A DNA stretch of 56,688 bases from Candidatus Woesearchaeota archaeon. GTDB taxonomy: Archaea; Nanobdellota; Nanobdellia; Woesearchaeales; GCA-2686295. The position numbers were made by a program, and so were the translations under genes. Positions within the stretch are counted from its first letter, which is position 1. The number at the start of each line of letters is the position of its first letter. The stretch spans positions 2,084 through 58,771 of the forward strand of contig NZBB01000006.1 of NCBI GenBank assembly GCA_002686295.1. Direction: 5' to 3'. The notes beneath the pieces are model-generated. The model worked only from the letters and a program-made list of their open reading frames with translations. It was not told the origin of the DNA and did not search any database. Shown in pieces: positions 17,011 through 25,746 of the stretch.

Positions 17011-18764
17011 TAAAATTTTTCTTTAGATTTTTGTTCTCTATCAAGTCTTGAATTAAGCTTGTTAGCTCTTGGACGATTATTTTCTTCATCGCGTCTAAAA
17101 GTTAATTTTAAATCTTTCAAAAAAACGTTCATACCGTCTTCCATCTCAAAAGGACCGTTAACAAAACCTTGTACTGCTGGTTCACCATCAAAAACAACTA
17201 ATTGATCTGATAAGTAATCAAGAAACAACAAATCATGATCAACTATTAAAACTGCTCTTTCTGTCTGTTTTACAACGTCTTTGATGACTTTTGAAATTAT
17301 TAATCTTTCCTCCACATCCAAGTATGCTGATGGCTCATCCATCAACATTATGTCAGAATCCTCAGCCAAACACTTAGCAATCATTACTCTCTGCAATTCT
17401 CCTCCACTTAACTCAGAAGATTTTTGAAGCAATAAATCTTTTAATCTCAATGGATCAATTAGTAAAGAACCATATTTTTCAATCGCTCTTTTAAGAATTG
17501 AAGTGACTTGTTCATCATCAGAAACCAAGTATTGTGGCTTATAAGCAACTTTTAATTTTTCTATTTTGTTAGAACTATCAATTTCTCCTGCAAGCAGTTT
17601 TACAAACGTTGTTTTTCCAATGCCATTTTCTCCCAAAACACCAACTGTTTCTTCATGGTAGATTTTTCCTTCTTTCACTCCAAGTTTGAAAGAACCGATT
17701 GAATGTTCAAATTCATTCCATTTAACAAGTTCAGATGAGGATCTTTTTTTAATTGGTGCTTTTTTCAAAAATTTTATTTCATTGGCTCTGAATCGAACAT
17801 TTTCCTCTTTAAGATATCCTGAAAGATAAACATTAATGCCTGCTTTAGTTGTTTTTATTGAAGAAACCACTCCGAAAGCAGTCGCTTTTCCATACATTAA
17901 ATGAATGAAATCAGTCATGTAATCAAGTATTATCAAATCGTGTTCAATCACTATTACAGCAGTGTTTTCATCCGCCATTTCTCTGATAAATTTTGATATT
18001 TTCAAACGCTGTTTAATATCAAGATAAGATGTTGGTTCGTCAAAAAAGTAAATATTCGCTTTTTTCAGCACTGTTGCAGCTATCGCAACTCTCTGCAATT
18101 CACCACCAGAAATATTCTTTAAATCATGATCTAAAATTTTTGTAAGCTCTAGTGTTTTAGCTATTTCTGAAAGTTTTTTTTTCTCATCAACTTTGGTCAA
18201 CAATTCTTTTACAGAACCACAGAAATTTTTTGGTATTAAATCTACTTGTTGAGGTTTGTAAGCAATTTTTATTTTTTGCTTATTTTTCTTCTCAAAAAAT
18301 ATTTGTGCTTCACTCCCTTTGAAATAATCTATTAATTCTTTGTAGCTTGCTTCATAAGATTCTTTATCAGTTCTTCCAAGGTTTGGCTTTAAAACACCAG
18401 CCAATATTTTAACGGCTGTTGATTTTCCAATACCATTTCTACCTATTATTCCAACAACTTTTCCAAACATTGGTGTTGGCAGATTGTAAAGTGCAAATCC
18501 GTTCTTTCCATATCTATGTATTGGTTCTTTATCAAGCTCTTCAGGTAGGTTAACCATCTCTAAAGCATTAAAAGGACATTTATTGGCTGCAATCCTATCA
18601 CCGTCAGTTATTACTTCTTCATTAACTTCTACTTTTCCATCTGCAGATTTCACAATGGCATCTTTTCCCATTCTGTTGCTAGGACTCACTCTAATACACA
18701 GGTATCCTCCACAACTCTCAGGGTTGCATTTCTCCTTCTTAACAATCATAATCCTTTTAGTCAT
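17001..18764 (-). CDS. abcE1: ABCE1 / RNase L inhibitor-type ribosome recycling ATPase
   Basis: N-terminal Fe-S domain (CNPESCGGYLC...NRMG...KCPFNAL). Two ABC cassettes (GRNGIGKST, GENGIGKTT, two LSGGELQR signatures). Confidence 0.9.
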   Translation of the reverse strand: MTKRIMIVKKEKCNPESCGGYLCIRVSPSNRMGKDAIVKSADGKVEVNEEVITDGDRIAANKCPFNALEMVNLPEELDKEPIHRYGKNGFALYNLPTPMFGKVVGIIGRNGIGKSTAVKILAGVLKPNLGRTDKESYEASYKELIDYFKGSEAQIFFEKKNKQKIKIAYKPQQVDLIPKNFCGSVKELLTKVDEKKKLSEIAKTLELTKILDHDLKNISGGELQRVAIAATVLKKANIYFFDEPTSYLDIKQRLKISKFIREMADENTAVIVIEHDLIILDYMTDFIHLMYGKATAFGVVSSIKTTKAGINVYLSGYLKEENVRFRANEIKFLKKAPIKKRSSSELVKWNEFEHSIGSFKLGVKEGKIYHEETVGVLGENGIGKTTFVKLLAGEIDSSNKIEKLKVAYKPQYLVSDDEQVTSILKRAIEKYGSLLIDPLRLKDLLLQKSSELSGGELQRVMIAKCLAEDSDIMLMDEPSAYLDVEERLIISKVIKDVVKQTERAVLIVDHDLLFLDYLSDQLVVFDGEPAVQGFVNGPFEMEDGMNVFLKDLKLTFRRDEENNRPRANKLNSRLDREQKSKEKFYYV

Positions 18765-18836
18765 AAATGAAAGTTGTGATTATTGATATATAAAGCTATC
18801 CACTAACTTTAAATACATATAAATTTTTTTAAGAGT

Positions 18837-21137
18837 ATGAAAGGATTTATCGTTTATTCTACTTATAGAGTTGTTGATGATAAAGCAGTTGTGTATTTAT
18901 TTGGTCGGCTAGAAAACGGCGATTCTTTCTTAACAATTAATTCTTATAAACCATATTTCTTCATCGAAGAGAAATTTTTGAAAAAAGCTTTGAAAATTGA
19001 AACATTCGAATATGAAAAAACTGTTTTGAAAAATTTTAAAAAAAAAAAAATGATTAAAATAATACTTGATTTGCCAAGAAAGGTTCCTGAACTTAGGAAA
19101 AAGCTCGAGGATGAAAAAATTGAATGTTTTGAAGCTGATATAAGATTTGCACAACGATTTCTTATGGATTATGATATTAAATCAACTCTTGACATAAAAG
19201 GTGATTATAAAAAAGGAGAGTTAGTTGACAGGATTTATGAAGAACCAGAACTGAAAACTTGCGATTACAATCCGGATTTGAAATTGTTGTCAATTGATAT
19301 AGAAACTAATCGTTTTGCTAAAGAACTCTATTCAATATCAATTTTTACTAAAGGTTTTGCAAAGACAATTATTATATCTGATAAAAAATTAAAAAATAGT
19401 GTTAGTGTGAAGAATGAGAAAGAATTGCTCGAAGTTTTCAAAAAAAAATTGTTGGAATTAGATCCTGACATAATAACTGGTTGGAACGTCATAGATTTTG
19501 ACATTCATATTCTTGAACAAAAATTCAAACAGCACAATATTCCATTTGAACTTGGAAGAATTGATTGGCCTTGCAAAGTACGTTTAGAAGAATCTTTTTT
19601 TAGAAGTTCAAAAGTTAATATGCCTGGAAGAATGGTTCTTGATGGTATTCAACTGTTAAAAATATCTTTTGTTAAACTGAAAAATTATAAATTAGATACT
19701 GCTGCAGAAGAATTTTTGGGAGAAAAAAAACTTATTGGTGAAAAAAATAAAGGTGCGGAGATTGAAAAAGCTTTTAAAAAAAATCCTCAAAAACTGGCTG
19801 ATTATAACTTAAAAGATTCAGAATTTGTTAGTAAGATATTAGAAAAAACAGGTGTTTTATCATTAACTGTTAATCGTTCAATGTTAACAGGCATACCTCT
19901 TGACAGAGTTGAAGGAAGTATATCCTCATTTGATTCTTTATACTTAAGAGATTTAAGAAAAAAAGGATTTGTTGCACCTTCAGCAAAGTTTGGTGAAAGA
20001 AAAGAGAGAATTCAGGGAGGATATGTGATGAATCCAAAACCAGGTATTTACGATTATGTGATTGTTTGTGATTTTAAAAGTCTGTATCCTAGCATTATAA
20101 GAACTTTCAATATAGATCCTTTCACATACGTTCCTAGTTGCAAAGGCAAAAATTTAATTAAAGCACCAAATGGTGCATGCTTTAGAAAAGAACATGGTAT
20201 TTTATCAGATATGATTCAAAGACTCTGGAAAGCAAGAGATGCCATCAAAAAGAAGAAAGATGCAACTGGTAGCTATGCAATAAAGGTTGTTATGAATTCT
20301 ATGTTTGGAGTGATGGCTAATCCAGTTTTCAGATTTCATAGTATTGAAATGGCTAATGCGATAACACATTTTGGTCATTTTTTCATAAAATTAACTGCTA
20401 AAAAGATTGAGAAACAAGGATATGAAGTAATATATGGAGATACCGATTCTATCTTTATTAATCTTGATGTTGAAAATAAGAAAGAGGCAGATAAGATAGG
20501 TTTGAAAATTCAGAAAGATATTAATGATTTCTTTAATCAATATAACTTTGAAAAGTATGGTTGTGAAAACTTTTTGGAATTAGAGTTTGAAAAGGTTTAC
20601 AAACGTTTTTTAATGCCAAAAGCTCGTGGTTCTGAAAAAGGAAGCAAGAAAAGATATGCCGGCCTGCTATTTAAAAATGGAAAAGAAATGATGGATTTTG
20701 TAGGATTAGAATTTGTTAGACGTGATTGGACTGAATTAGCAAAGAAATTCCAATATGAGTTATTGAAAAAAATATTTGAAAAAAAAGAAGTGAATTCTTA
20801 TGTTAAGAAATTTGTTAATGATTTGAAAAAAGGAAAACATGATGAATTATTAATTTATCGAAAAGCAATAAGGAAAAAACTTGATGAATATGTTAAGACA
20901 ACACCTCCTCATGTAAAAGCTGCTAGAATGTTGAAAGAGTTAAAGAGCAATATAATAGAGTATGTTGTAACTGTTAATGGACCTGAACCTTTGGAGTTGC
21001 AGAAAAGCAGAATAGACTATGAACATTACATCGAGAAACAAATAAAGCCACTTGCAGATTCAATACTTGGCTTCTTCGACACAAATTTTGACGATATTAT
21101 CAAGAATATTTCTCAGAAAACATTGTTTGGATATTAA
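18837..21137 (+). CDS. polB: family B DNA polymerase
   Basis: Exo motifs SIDIET, GWNVIDFD and YNLKDSE. Pol motifs DFKSLYPSII, KVVMNSMFG and YGDTDS. 766 aa with no intein-sized insertions. Confidence 0.9.
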   Translation: MKGFIVYSTYRVVDDKAVVYLFGRLENGDSFLTINSYKPYFFIEEKFLKKALKIETFEYEKTVLKNFKKKKMIKIILDLPRKVPELRKKLEDEKIECFEADIRFAQRFLMDYDIKSTLDIKGDYKKGELVDRIYEEPELKTCDYNPDLKLLSIDIETNRFAKELYSISIFTKGFAKTIIISDKKLKNSVSVKNEKELLEVFKKKLLELDPDIITGWNVIDFDIHILEQKFKQHNIPFELGRIDWPCKVRLEESFFRSSKVNMPGRMVLDGIQLLKISFVKLKNYKLDTAAEEFLGEKKLIGEKNKGAEIEKAFKKNPQKLADYNLKDSEFVSKILEKTGVLSLTVNRSMLTGIPLDRVEGSISSFDSLYLRDLRKKGFVAPSAKFGERKERIQGGYVMNPKPGIYDYVIVCDFKSLYPSIIRTFNIDPFTYVPSCKGKNLIKAPNGACFRKEHGILSDMIQRLWKARDAIKKKKDATGSYAIKVVMNSMFGVMANPVFRFHSIEMANAITHFGHFFIKLTAKKIEKQGYEVIYGDTDSIFINLDVENKKEADKIGLKIQKDINDFFNQYNFEKYGCENFLELEFEKVYKRFLMPKARGSEKGSKKRYAGLLFKNGKEMMDFVGLEFVRRDWTELAKKFQYELLKKIFEKKEVNSYVKKFVNDLKKGKHDELLIYRKAIRKKLDEYVKTTPPHVKAARMLKELKSNIIEYVVTVNGPEPLELQKSRIDYEHYIEKQIKPLADSILGFFDTNFDDIIKNISQKTLFGY

Positions 21138-21197
21138 AAATTTAAATAAACTCTTAGTTCAAAAAAGAAAAGAAGAAAAATAAATAATAAATTAGTT

Positions 21198-21722
21198 TTA
21201 TGGTGAACAACAGAGGATTCCTGAACGATAGGTATATTCATTTCCAACGGAATTATTACATAATTCTTTCATATCCCAAGAACATCTCCACATTTTCCAA
21301 TTTTCATTTGGATTTCCAATATAATCCAATCCACCAAATCTGAGATTTGCTCCATTTCCAATTGATGCAGAATACATAGCATTTGTTGAACATGAACCGC
21401 TCAAAACAAGATCTCCTGAAGGACATTGTGACGAGACTACTGAAGTGCTACATATATCATCACTAACTACCTGATCCGAATAAAACCATTCACACTTCTC
21501 TGCAAGATTATAAGTTTCATCTCTTATATCTACATCTCTTATAATTCTAGAAGCAGAACTTCTTATTGCCTCTCCGCCAATATTTCCAGCTTCATCAGCG
21601 ATAACTCCTTCAACAGAAGAAGCACTCATTGAACTTTTGTTAGTAAACATCACAACAAAACCAACAACTGCCACGATAGAAACTAATGCTAAAATACCAA
21701 AATAATGTTTTTCATCAACCAT
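21198..21722 (-). CDS. membrane-anchored cysteine-rich hypothetical protein
   Basis: N-terminal TM (FGILALVSIVAVVGFVVMF) followed by a Cys-rich ectodomain ending CCSP. No recognisable family. Confidence 0.6.
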   Translation of the reverse strand: MVDEKHYFGILALVSIVAVVGFVVMFTNKSSMSASSVEGVIADEAGNIGGEAIRSSASRIIRDVDIRDETYNLAEKCEWFYSDQVVSDDICSTSVVSSQCPSGDLVLSGSCSTNAMYSASIGNGANLRFGGLDYIGNPNENWKMWRCSWDMKELCNNSVGNEYTYRSGILCCSP

Positions 21723-21813
21723 TCTTAAATCACCTCAAAACAAATAATAACAAACAATATACAAAAAAACATATATATATTTGTGATACAAAATACACAT
21801 TAGAGAACAACAA
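21723..21813 (-). promoter_or_regulatory. promoter plus SD leader cassette, copy B (homologous to 14973-15064)
   Basis: Shares AATCACCTCAAAACAAA[C/T]AATAACAAA, ATACAAAAAAACA and GAACAACAA blocks with copy A, in the same order and position relative to the ATG. Confidence 0.6.
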
Positions 21814-22080
21814 TTAAACTAGCTGTACAAATCCCATATCGAGTTCTTTAACTAAACCATCTCTTTTCAAAGAATTTAAAGAATCCATAACTTCCGCCTC
21901 AGACAACCCTCTAATACTCGCTTCTATTATCAATTCTTCAACCTGCATCTTCTTTCCCTTGCTAATGACTAACTCATTCAAGATATCTAAAATTTTTATT
22001 TTATTATCTACTTCAGATTCTCTTTTAATCCTATCAGCTGTTAGCTTCTGGATTTCCATTAAACGGTCGAAATCATCCAT
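21814..22080 (-). CDS. small winged-helix protein resembling the MCM C-terminal WH domain
   Basis: In this 88-aa protein, VEELIIEASIRGLSEAEVMDSLNSLKRDGLVKELDMGFVQLV follows the pattern of archaeal MCM C-terminal winged-helix domains. Encoded divergently from the MCM-like gene. Confidence 0.55.
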   Translation of the reverse strand: MDDFDRLMEIQKLTADRIKRESEVDNKIKILDILNELVISKGKKMQVEELIIEASIRGLSEAEVMDSLNSLKRDGLVKELDMGFVQLV

Positions 22081-22180
22081 TTTTCAGAATCTATATACAT
22101 TCCCCCTTTACCAGTATAGTTTTGTCTATATAAAAAGGTTTTGGAAAAATTTAAATGTTCTGCTTATTTATTGGATAACC

Positions 22181-23353
22181 ATGTCCTTTATCAAGCTACT
22201 TTTGCCACTATCTAAAAGCAAAAAAAGAAATCTTAACAAACTAAAGAAATACTTGGAAATTAACGATTTCAAAGAAGTTAAAAAATTGTTAAAACTTGGC
22301 AAAATAGGAATTGCTTTCTCTTCATTAAAAATATCTGATAAAATCATTAAAGATGAATCTTTTCCAGTTATAAATTTAGCATTAGAAGAAAAAGATTTGA
22401 CAAATAAAATAACTGTTTGGAATGATGTTGTCGAACAACAAGTTCGAGAGAAAAAATATAAAGAATTCTCTGTTGATGCAGAAAAAAAAATAAGATATTT
22501 TATAGCTCCACACATTGTTGGCTTGGAAGAAGTCAAAGAAGCTGCAATGCTACAATTATTTGCAAAAGATAAAGTACACTTATTGCTATTAGGGGATCCG
22601 AGCACAGGGAAAACAGATGTTCTTCGCTCTGTAAATGAGTTTGCACCAATCTCTTCATTCGGTCTTGGCTCAGGAATAAGTGCGGCAGGATTAACTGCGG
22701 CCATCAAAGGAAAAGAAGTCATAAGAGGATTATTACCATTAGCCGATAAAGGTATTTGTTGCGTTGATGAATTAAATCTTATGAAATTAAGAGATCGCGG
22801 ATCATTACTGAATGCAATGGAAAAAGGGTTTATTACTTATGATAAAGGAAATAAGCACAAAAAATTTGATGCAAGAATAAACTTATTGGCAACAGCCAAT
22901 CCAAAAGGAGATCGCTTTGTTGGTAAAACACCCTCTACTTGGTTAAAACAAATTCCTTTCGATCCTGCTTTACTATCAAGATTCCACATAGTTTTCTTTA
23001 TTAGAAGACCTGGACATAAAGAATTCATAAATATTGCCAAAAAGATAGTTAGCGAAAGAAACAAAAACCTTGAGATAAACGATTCTTTATTTATCAGAGA
23101 TTACATAGAATTCTCTCAATTAATAGATGTTGCTTTTAATGAAAAATTGAAAAAACAAATAGTTGATTTTGCAGCAAAACTAAAAAAAGATGAAAAGAAA
23201 TTCTTGGTTGAAATAAGTCCAAGAATAATAGTTGGTATAATGAGGTTTGCAAAAGCTTCTGCAAGATTAGAACTTAGAAACCTTGTTGAGCAGAAAGACC
23301 TTGACAGAGTGTTTAATCTACTTGAGAAAAGTTTATATAAAAAAAATAAATAA
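22181..23353 (+). CDS. MCM-family AAA+ ATPase lacking the canonical N-terminal domain (mini-MCM)
   Basis: MCM hallmarks present:
- IAPHIVGLEEVKEA
- Walker A GDPSTGKT
- SAAGLTAA
- Walker B CVDELNLM
- LNAMEKG
- sensor-1 LLATANP
- arginine finger LLSRF

Only about 105 aa precede the AAA+ core. Start trimmed to ATG 22181. Confidence 0.8.
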   Translation: MSFIKLLLPLSKSKKRNLNKLKKYLEINDFKEVKKLLKLGKIGIAFSSLKISDKIIKDESFPVINLALEEKDLTNKITVWNDVVEQQVREKKYKEFSVDAEKKIRYFIAPHIVGLEEVKEAAMLQLFAKDKVHLLLLGDPSTGKTDVLRSVNEFAPISSFGLGSGISAAGLTAAIKGKEVIRGLLPLADKGICCVDELNLMKLRDRGSLLNAMEKGFITYDKGNKHKKFDARINLLATANPKGDRFVGKTPSTWLKQIPFDPALLSRFHIVFFIRRPGHKEFINIAKKIVSERNKNLEINDSLFIRDYIEFSQLIDVAFNEKLKKQIVDFAAKLKKDEKKFLVEISPRIIVGIMRFAKASARLELRNLVEQKDLDRVFNLLEKSLYKKNK

Positions 23354-23378
23354 CAATCATAGAGATAAAATTATTATA

Positions 23379-23951
23379 ATGATAAACATAAAAAAATCGG
23401 CTATAATAGCATCAATTGCTATACTTTTTGCAGTTTTTATTTTCAGTTTTATAAATGCTATATACGAAGAACCAAACTATGATGATTTTTGTAATGAGAA
23501 TCCTTATTTGGATAAAGTTCATCTGCCTCCAGAAACACTTAATTGTACAAGCACAGGTTTTAATGATGAAGATGTAACTGCTTGTGATGAACAAGAAGGA
23601 AGATTAGAGCCTATATATGAAGGTGGATGCGTAAAAGCATATAAATGTGAGACTTGCCATAAAACTTATGAAGAAGAAAGCGACAAGCACAAATTTTTTG
23701 TTTTTGTAATGTCAAGTATTCTTGGATTAACAGCAGTTATAACAAGCATTTACCTACCTTATAAAAAAAATTCTTTAAAAGAATGGATTTTATCTGGTTT
23801 CTTAATAGCAGGATTAATAGCCATATTCATTGGCACAATTGATTACTTTGGAGAAATGCATCGCATAATTAAACCAATAATCATATTAATCGAGATAATT
23901 TTAGTTATTTTAGTAGCTTATAAAAATATCGAGAATAAAAAGAAAAAATGA
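23379..23951 (+). CDS. hypothetical membrane protein with Cys-rich ectodomain
   Basis: N-terminal TM, then a Cys-containing loop (CNENPY...CTSTG...ACDEQ...GGCVKAYKCETCH), then three C-terminal TM segments. Start trimmed to ATG 23379. Overlaps the cutA start (ATGA). Confidence 0.6.
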   Translation: MINIKKSAIIASIAILFAVFIFSFINAIYEEPNYDDFCNENPYLDKVHLPPETLNCTSTGFNDEDVTACDEQEGRLEPIYEGGCVKAYKCETCHKTYEEESDKHKFFVFVMSSILGLTAVITSIYLPYKKNSLKEWILSGFLIAGLIAIFIGTIDYFGEMHRIIKPIIILIEIILVILVAYKNIENKKKK

Positions 23952-24250
23952 AATTATACTATTCGCCTTGCAAAAACAAAGCTGAAGCAAAGAAGATCGC
24001 TAAAGAATTATTGAAAGAAAAACTCATATCATGTGCGAATATTGTTCCTTGCGAATCAATTTATGAATGGGATGGAGAATTAAAAGAAGAAAGTGAAGCT
24101 ATTTTATTTGTTAAAACAATTGACAAATATGAAGAAGAAGTCAAGGATAAAATAAGAGAATTACATTCTTATGATCTGCCTTGCATCTTAAAAATTAATG
24201 GTCGTATTAATGAAGAGTATCTTTCTTGGATGGAAAGCGTCATTCAATAA
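23948..24250 (+). CDS. cutA: CutA1 divalent-cation tolerance protein
   Basis: 100 aa. LISCANIVP.ESIYEWDGEL...EAILFVKT matches the CutA pattern (ACvni.p..S.Y.W.g....E..l.iKT). Confidence 0.8.
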   Translation: MKLYYSPCKNKAEAKKIAKELLKEKLISCANIVPCESIYEWDGELKEESEAILFVKTIDKYEEEVKDKIRELHSYDLPCILKINGRINEEYLSWMESVIQ

Positions 24251-24290
24251 ACCATAAAAAATATAAAGCTTGTTCTCACAAACAACTATT

Positions 24291-25337
24291 ATGGTGTTGA
24301 ATTTTGAATTATTTGGAAATGGTTTAATTGACTACGCAATTTTTTTTGCTATAATAATAATATCTATGATAATTGGCAGGATAATATTTTTTACCAGTAA
24401 AAACCTTCTTAGAAGAAAAGCTGAAAAAACTAAAAGTAAATTTGATGATGTGTTGGTTGAAGTTATGGAAAAACCTTTAGTGTTTCTAATATTTATTATA
24501 GGTTTGATTATTGCTTTGAAAACCTTAACTTTGAGTAGTACAATCAATCAATTTTTTGCGAACACCATAAAAATACTCCTAACAATTGACATTGCTTGGT
24601 TCTTAATATTCTTTGTTGACGCAATAATTGTCCAGTATATAAGCCCTATAGCCTCAAAAACAAAATCAGAATTAGATGATGTTATGCTTCCTTTGATAAG
24701 AAAGATTGTGAAAATAACTTTAATAATCTTTGCAGGCGTAATAATAATAGATAACTTCGGTTATGATGTAACTTCACTAGTTGCAGGTTTAGGAATAGGT
24801 GGTTTAGCTTTTGCTTTGGCAGCCCAAGATATGCTGGCTAATCTTTTTGGTGGATTATCAATTATAACCGATAAACCTTTCAAAATCGGCGATAGAATAA
24901 AAATTGAAAACTATGATGGTTGGGTTAGAAAAATAGGCATTAGAACTACAAGAGTTGAAACGATAGATGGATTTCAATTAATTGTTCCGAACTCTAAAAT
25001 ATCAAATTCGATTCTTGAAAATGTTTCAAGAGAGAAATCCCGTAAAGTCAGATTAAGTATTGGCTTAGAATACAGTACATCTATAAAGAAAATGAAAGAG
25101 GCAAAGAAAATTTTGGAAAATGTTATTTTAAAAAATTCTGATACTGAAAATCGTTCAATTGTAAGTTTTACAGAGTTTGGCGATAGTTCTCTAAATTTCT
25201 TGGTTATTTACTGGATTGAAAATTTAGAAAGCATTCTAACGGCTAAGAATAATGTGAATATGGATATAAAAAAGAGATTTGAAAAAGCCAAGATTGAAAT
25301 GGCCTTTCCAACAAGAACTGTATATCTAAAAAAATGA
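24291..25337 (+). CDS. small-conductance mechanosensitive channel (MscS family)
   Basis: Three or four TM helices, then the MscS beta-domain signature DKPFKIGDRIKIENYDGWVRKIGIRTTRVETIDGFQLIVPNSKI. An ATG at 24291 is preferred over the upstream TTG. Confidence 0.85.
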   Translation: MVLNFELFGNGLIDYAIFFAIIIISMIIGRIIFFTSKNLLRRKAEKTKSKFDDVLVEVMEKPLVFLIFIIGLIIALKTLTLSSTINQFFANTIKILLTIDIAWFLIFFVDAIIVQYISPIASKTKSELDDVMLPLIRKIVKITLIIFAGVIIIDNFGYDVTSLVAGLGIGGLAFALAAQDMLANLFGGLSIITDKPFKIGDRIKIENYDGWVRKIGIRTTRVETIDGFQLIVPNSKISNSILENVSREKSRKVRLSIGLEYSTSIKKMKEAKKILENVILKNSDTENRSIVSFTEFGDSSLNFLVIYWIENLESILTAKNNVNMDIKKRFEKAKIEMAFPTRTVYLKK

Positions 25338-25387
25338 CTGTTCATAAAGAATAGAAAATATTTATAAACCCTTAATTAATAACTATT

Positions 25388-25439
25388 AAAAGAATGATTC
25401 TCGGGAGTAAGAGGTGAGATTTTCAAGAATCATTCTTTT
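25388..25439 (+). other. 14-bp perfect inverted repeat (hairpin) downstream of the MscS gene
   Basis: AAAAGAATGATTCT (25388-25401) and AGAATCATTCTTTT (25426-25439) flank a 24-nt G-rich loop. Possible terminator or small RNA. Confidence 0.4.
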
Positions 25440-25497
25440 CAAATCCAAAAATTTTTATATATGAAAATAAATATTAGTTTATTATGGGGTGTTTTGA

Positions 25498-25728
25498 TTG
25501 GTTTTAACAACTATTGTTAAAAAGGAAGTCCAAAAGAATTTCGAGCGACAAATAACTGATATGTCAAAGCAAGAGCTTAAAGAATTGCTTTTAATCAACA
25601 CCTACAAACTTGCATTGGCAAGAAGCCAAGTAGAAGCAGTTGTTGAAATACTAATTAATAAAAAATTAACAACTTATGAAGAGGTTTGGAAGAGAACAAA
25701 CCAAAACTTCAAAGAATCAACAATTTAA
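25498..25728 (+). CDS. small hypothetical helical protein
   Basis: 76-aa ORF from TTG (or 55 aa from ATG 25561). Sits directly upstream of gap. No recognisable family. Confidence 0.35.
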   Translation: MVLTTIVKKEVQKNFERQITDMSKQELKELLLINTYKLALARSQVEAVVEILINKKLTTYEEVWKRTNQNFKESTI

Positions 25729-25746
25729 AAAAAAAGAGGTATTTTA

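Noticed and set aside
21959-22180. 74-codon 5' extension of the MCM-like ORF
   Set aside because: It overlaps the oppositely oriented 88-aa winged-helix gene and the divergent promoter region. It encodes hydrophobic low-complexity sequence unrelated to MCM. The ATG at 22181 is preferred.
22168-22722. 184-aa antisense ORF inside the MCM gene, plus many similar antisense or alternate-frame ORFs (e.g. 463-861, 2535-2879, 8004-8306, 39183-39554, 46704-47012, 47627-47926, 48271-48501)
   Set aside because: All lie fully inside longer ORFs that carry strong family motifs on the other strand or frame. Their products are low-complexity. Such ORFs are expected by chance in AT-rich DNA with few stop codons on the antisense strand.
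18837-23353. Inteins or a replication origin near polB and the MCM-like gene
   Set aside because: PolB (766 aa) and the MCM-like protein have contiguous motifs with no intein-sized insertions. I saw no ORB-like repeated boxes flanking an AT-rich unwinding element, and no orc1/cdc6 gene in the window.
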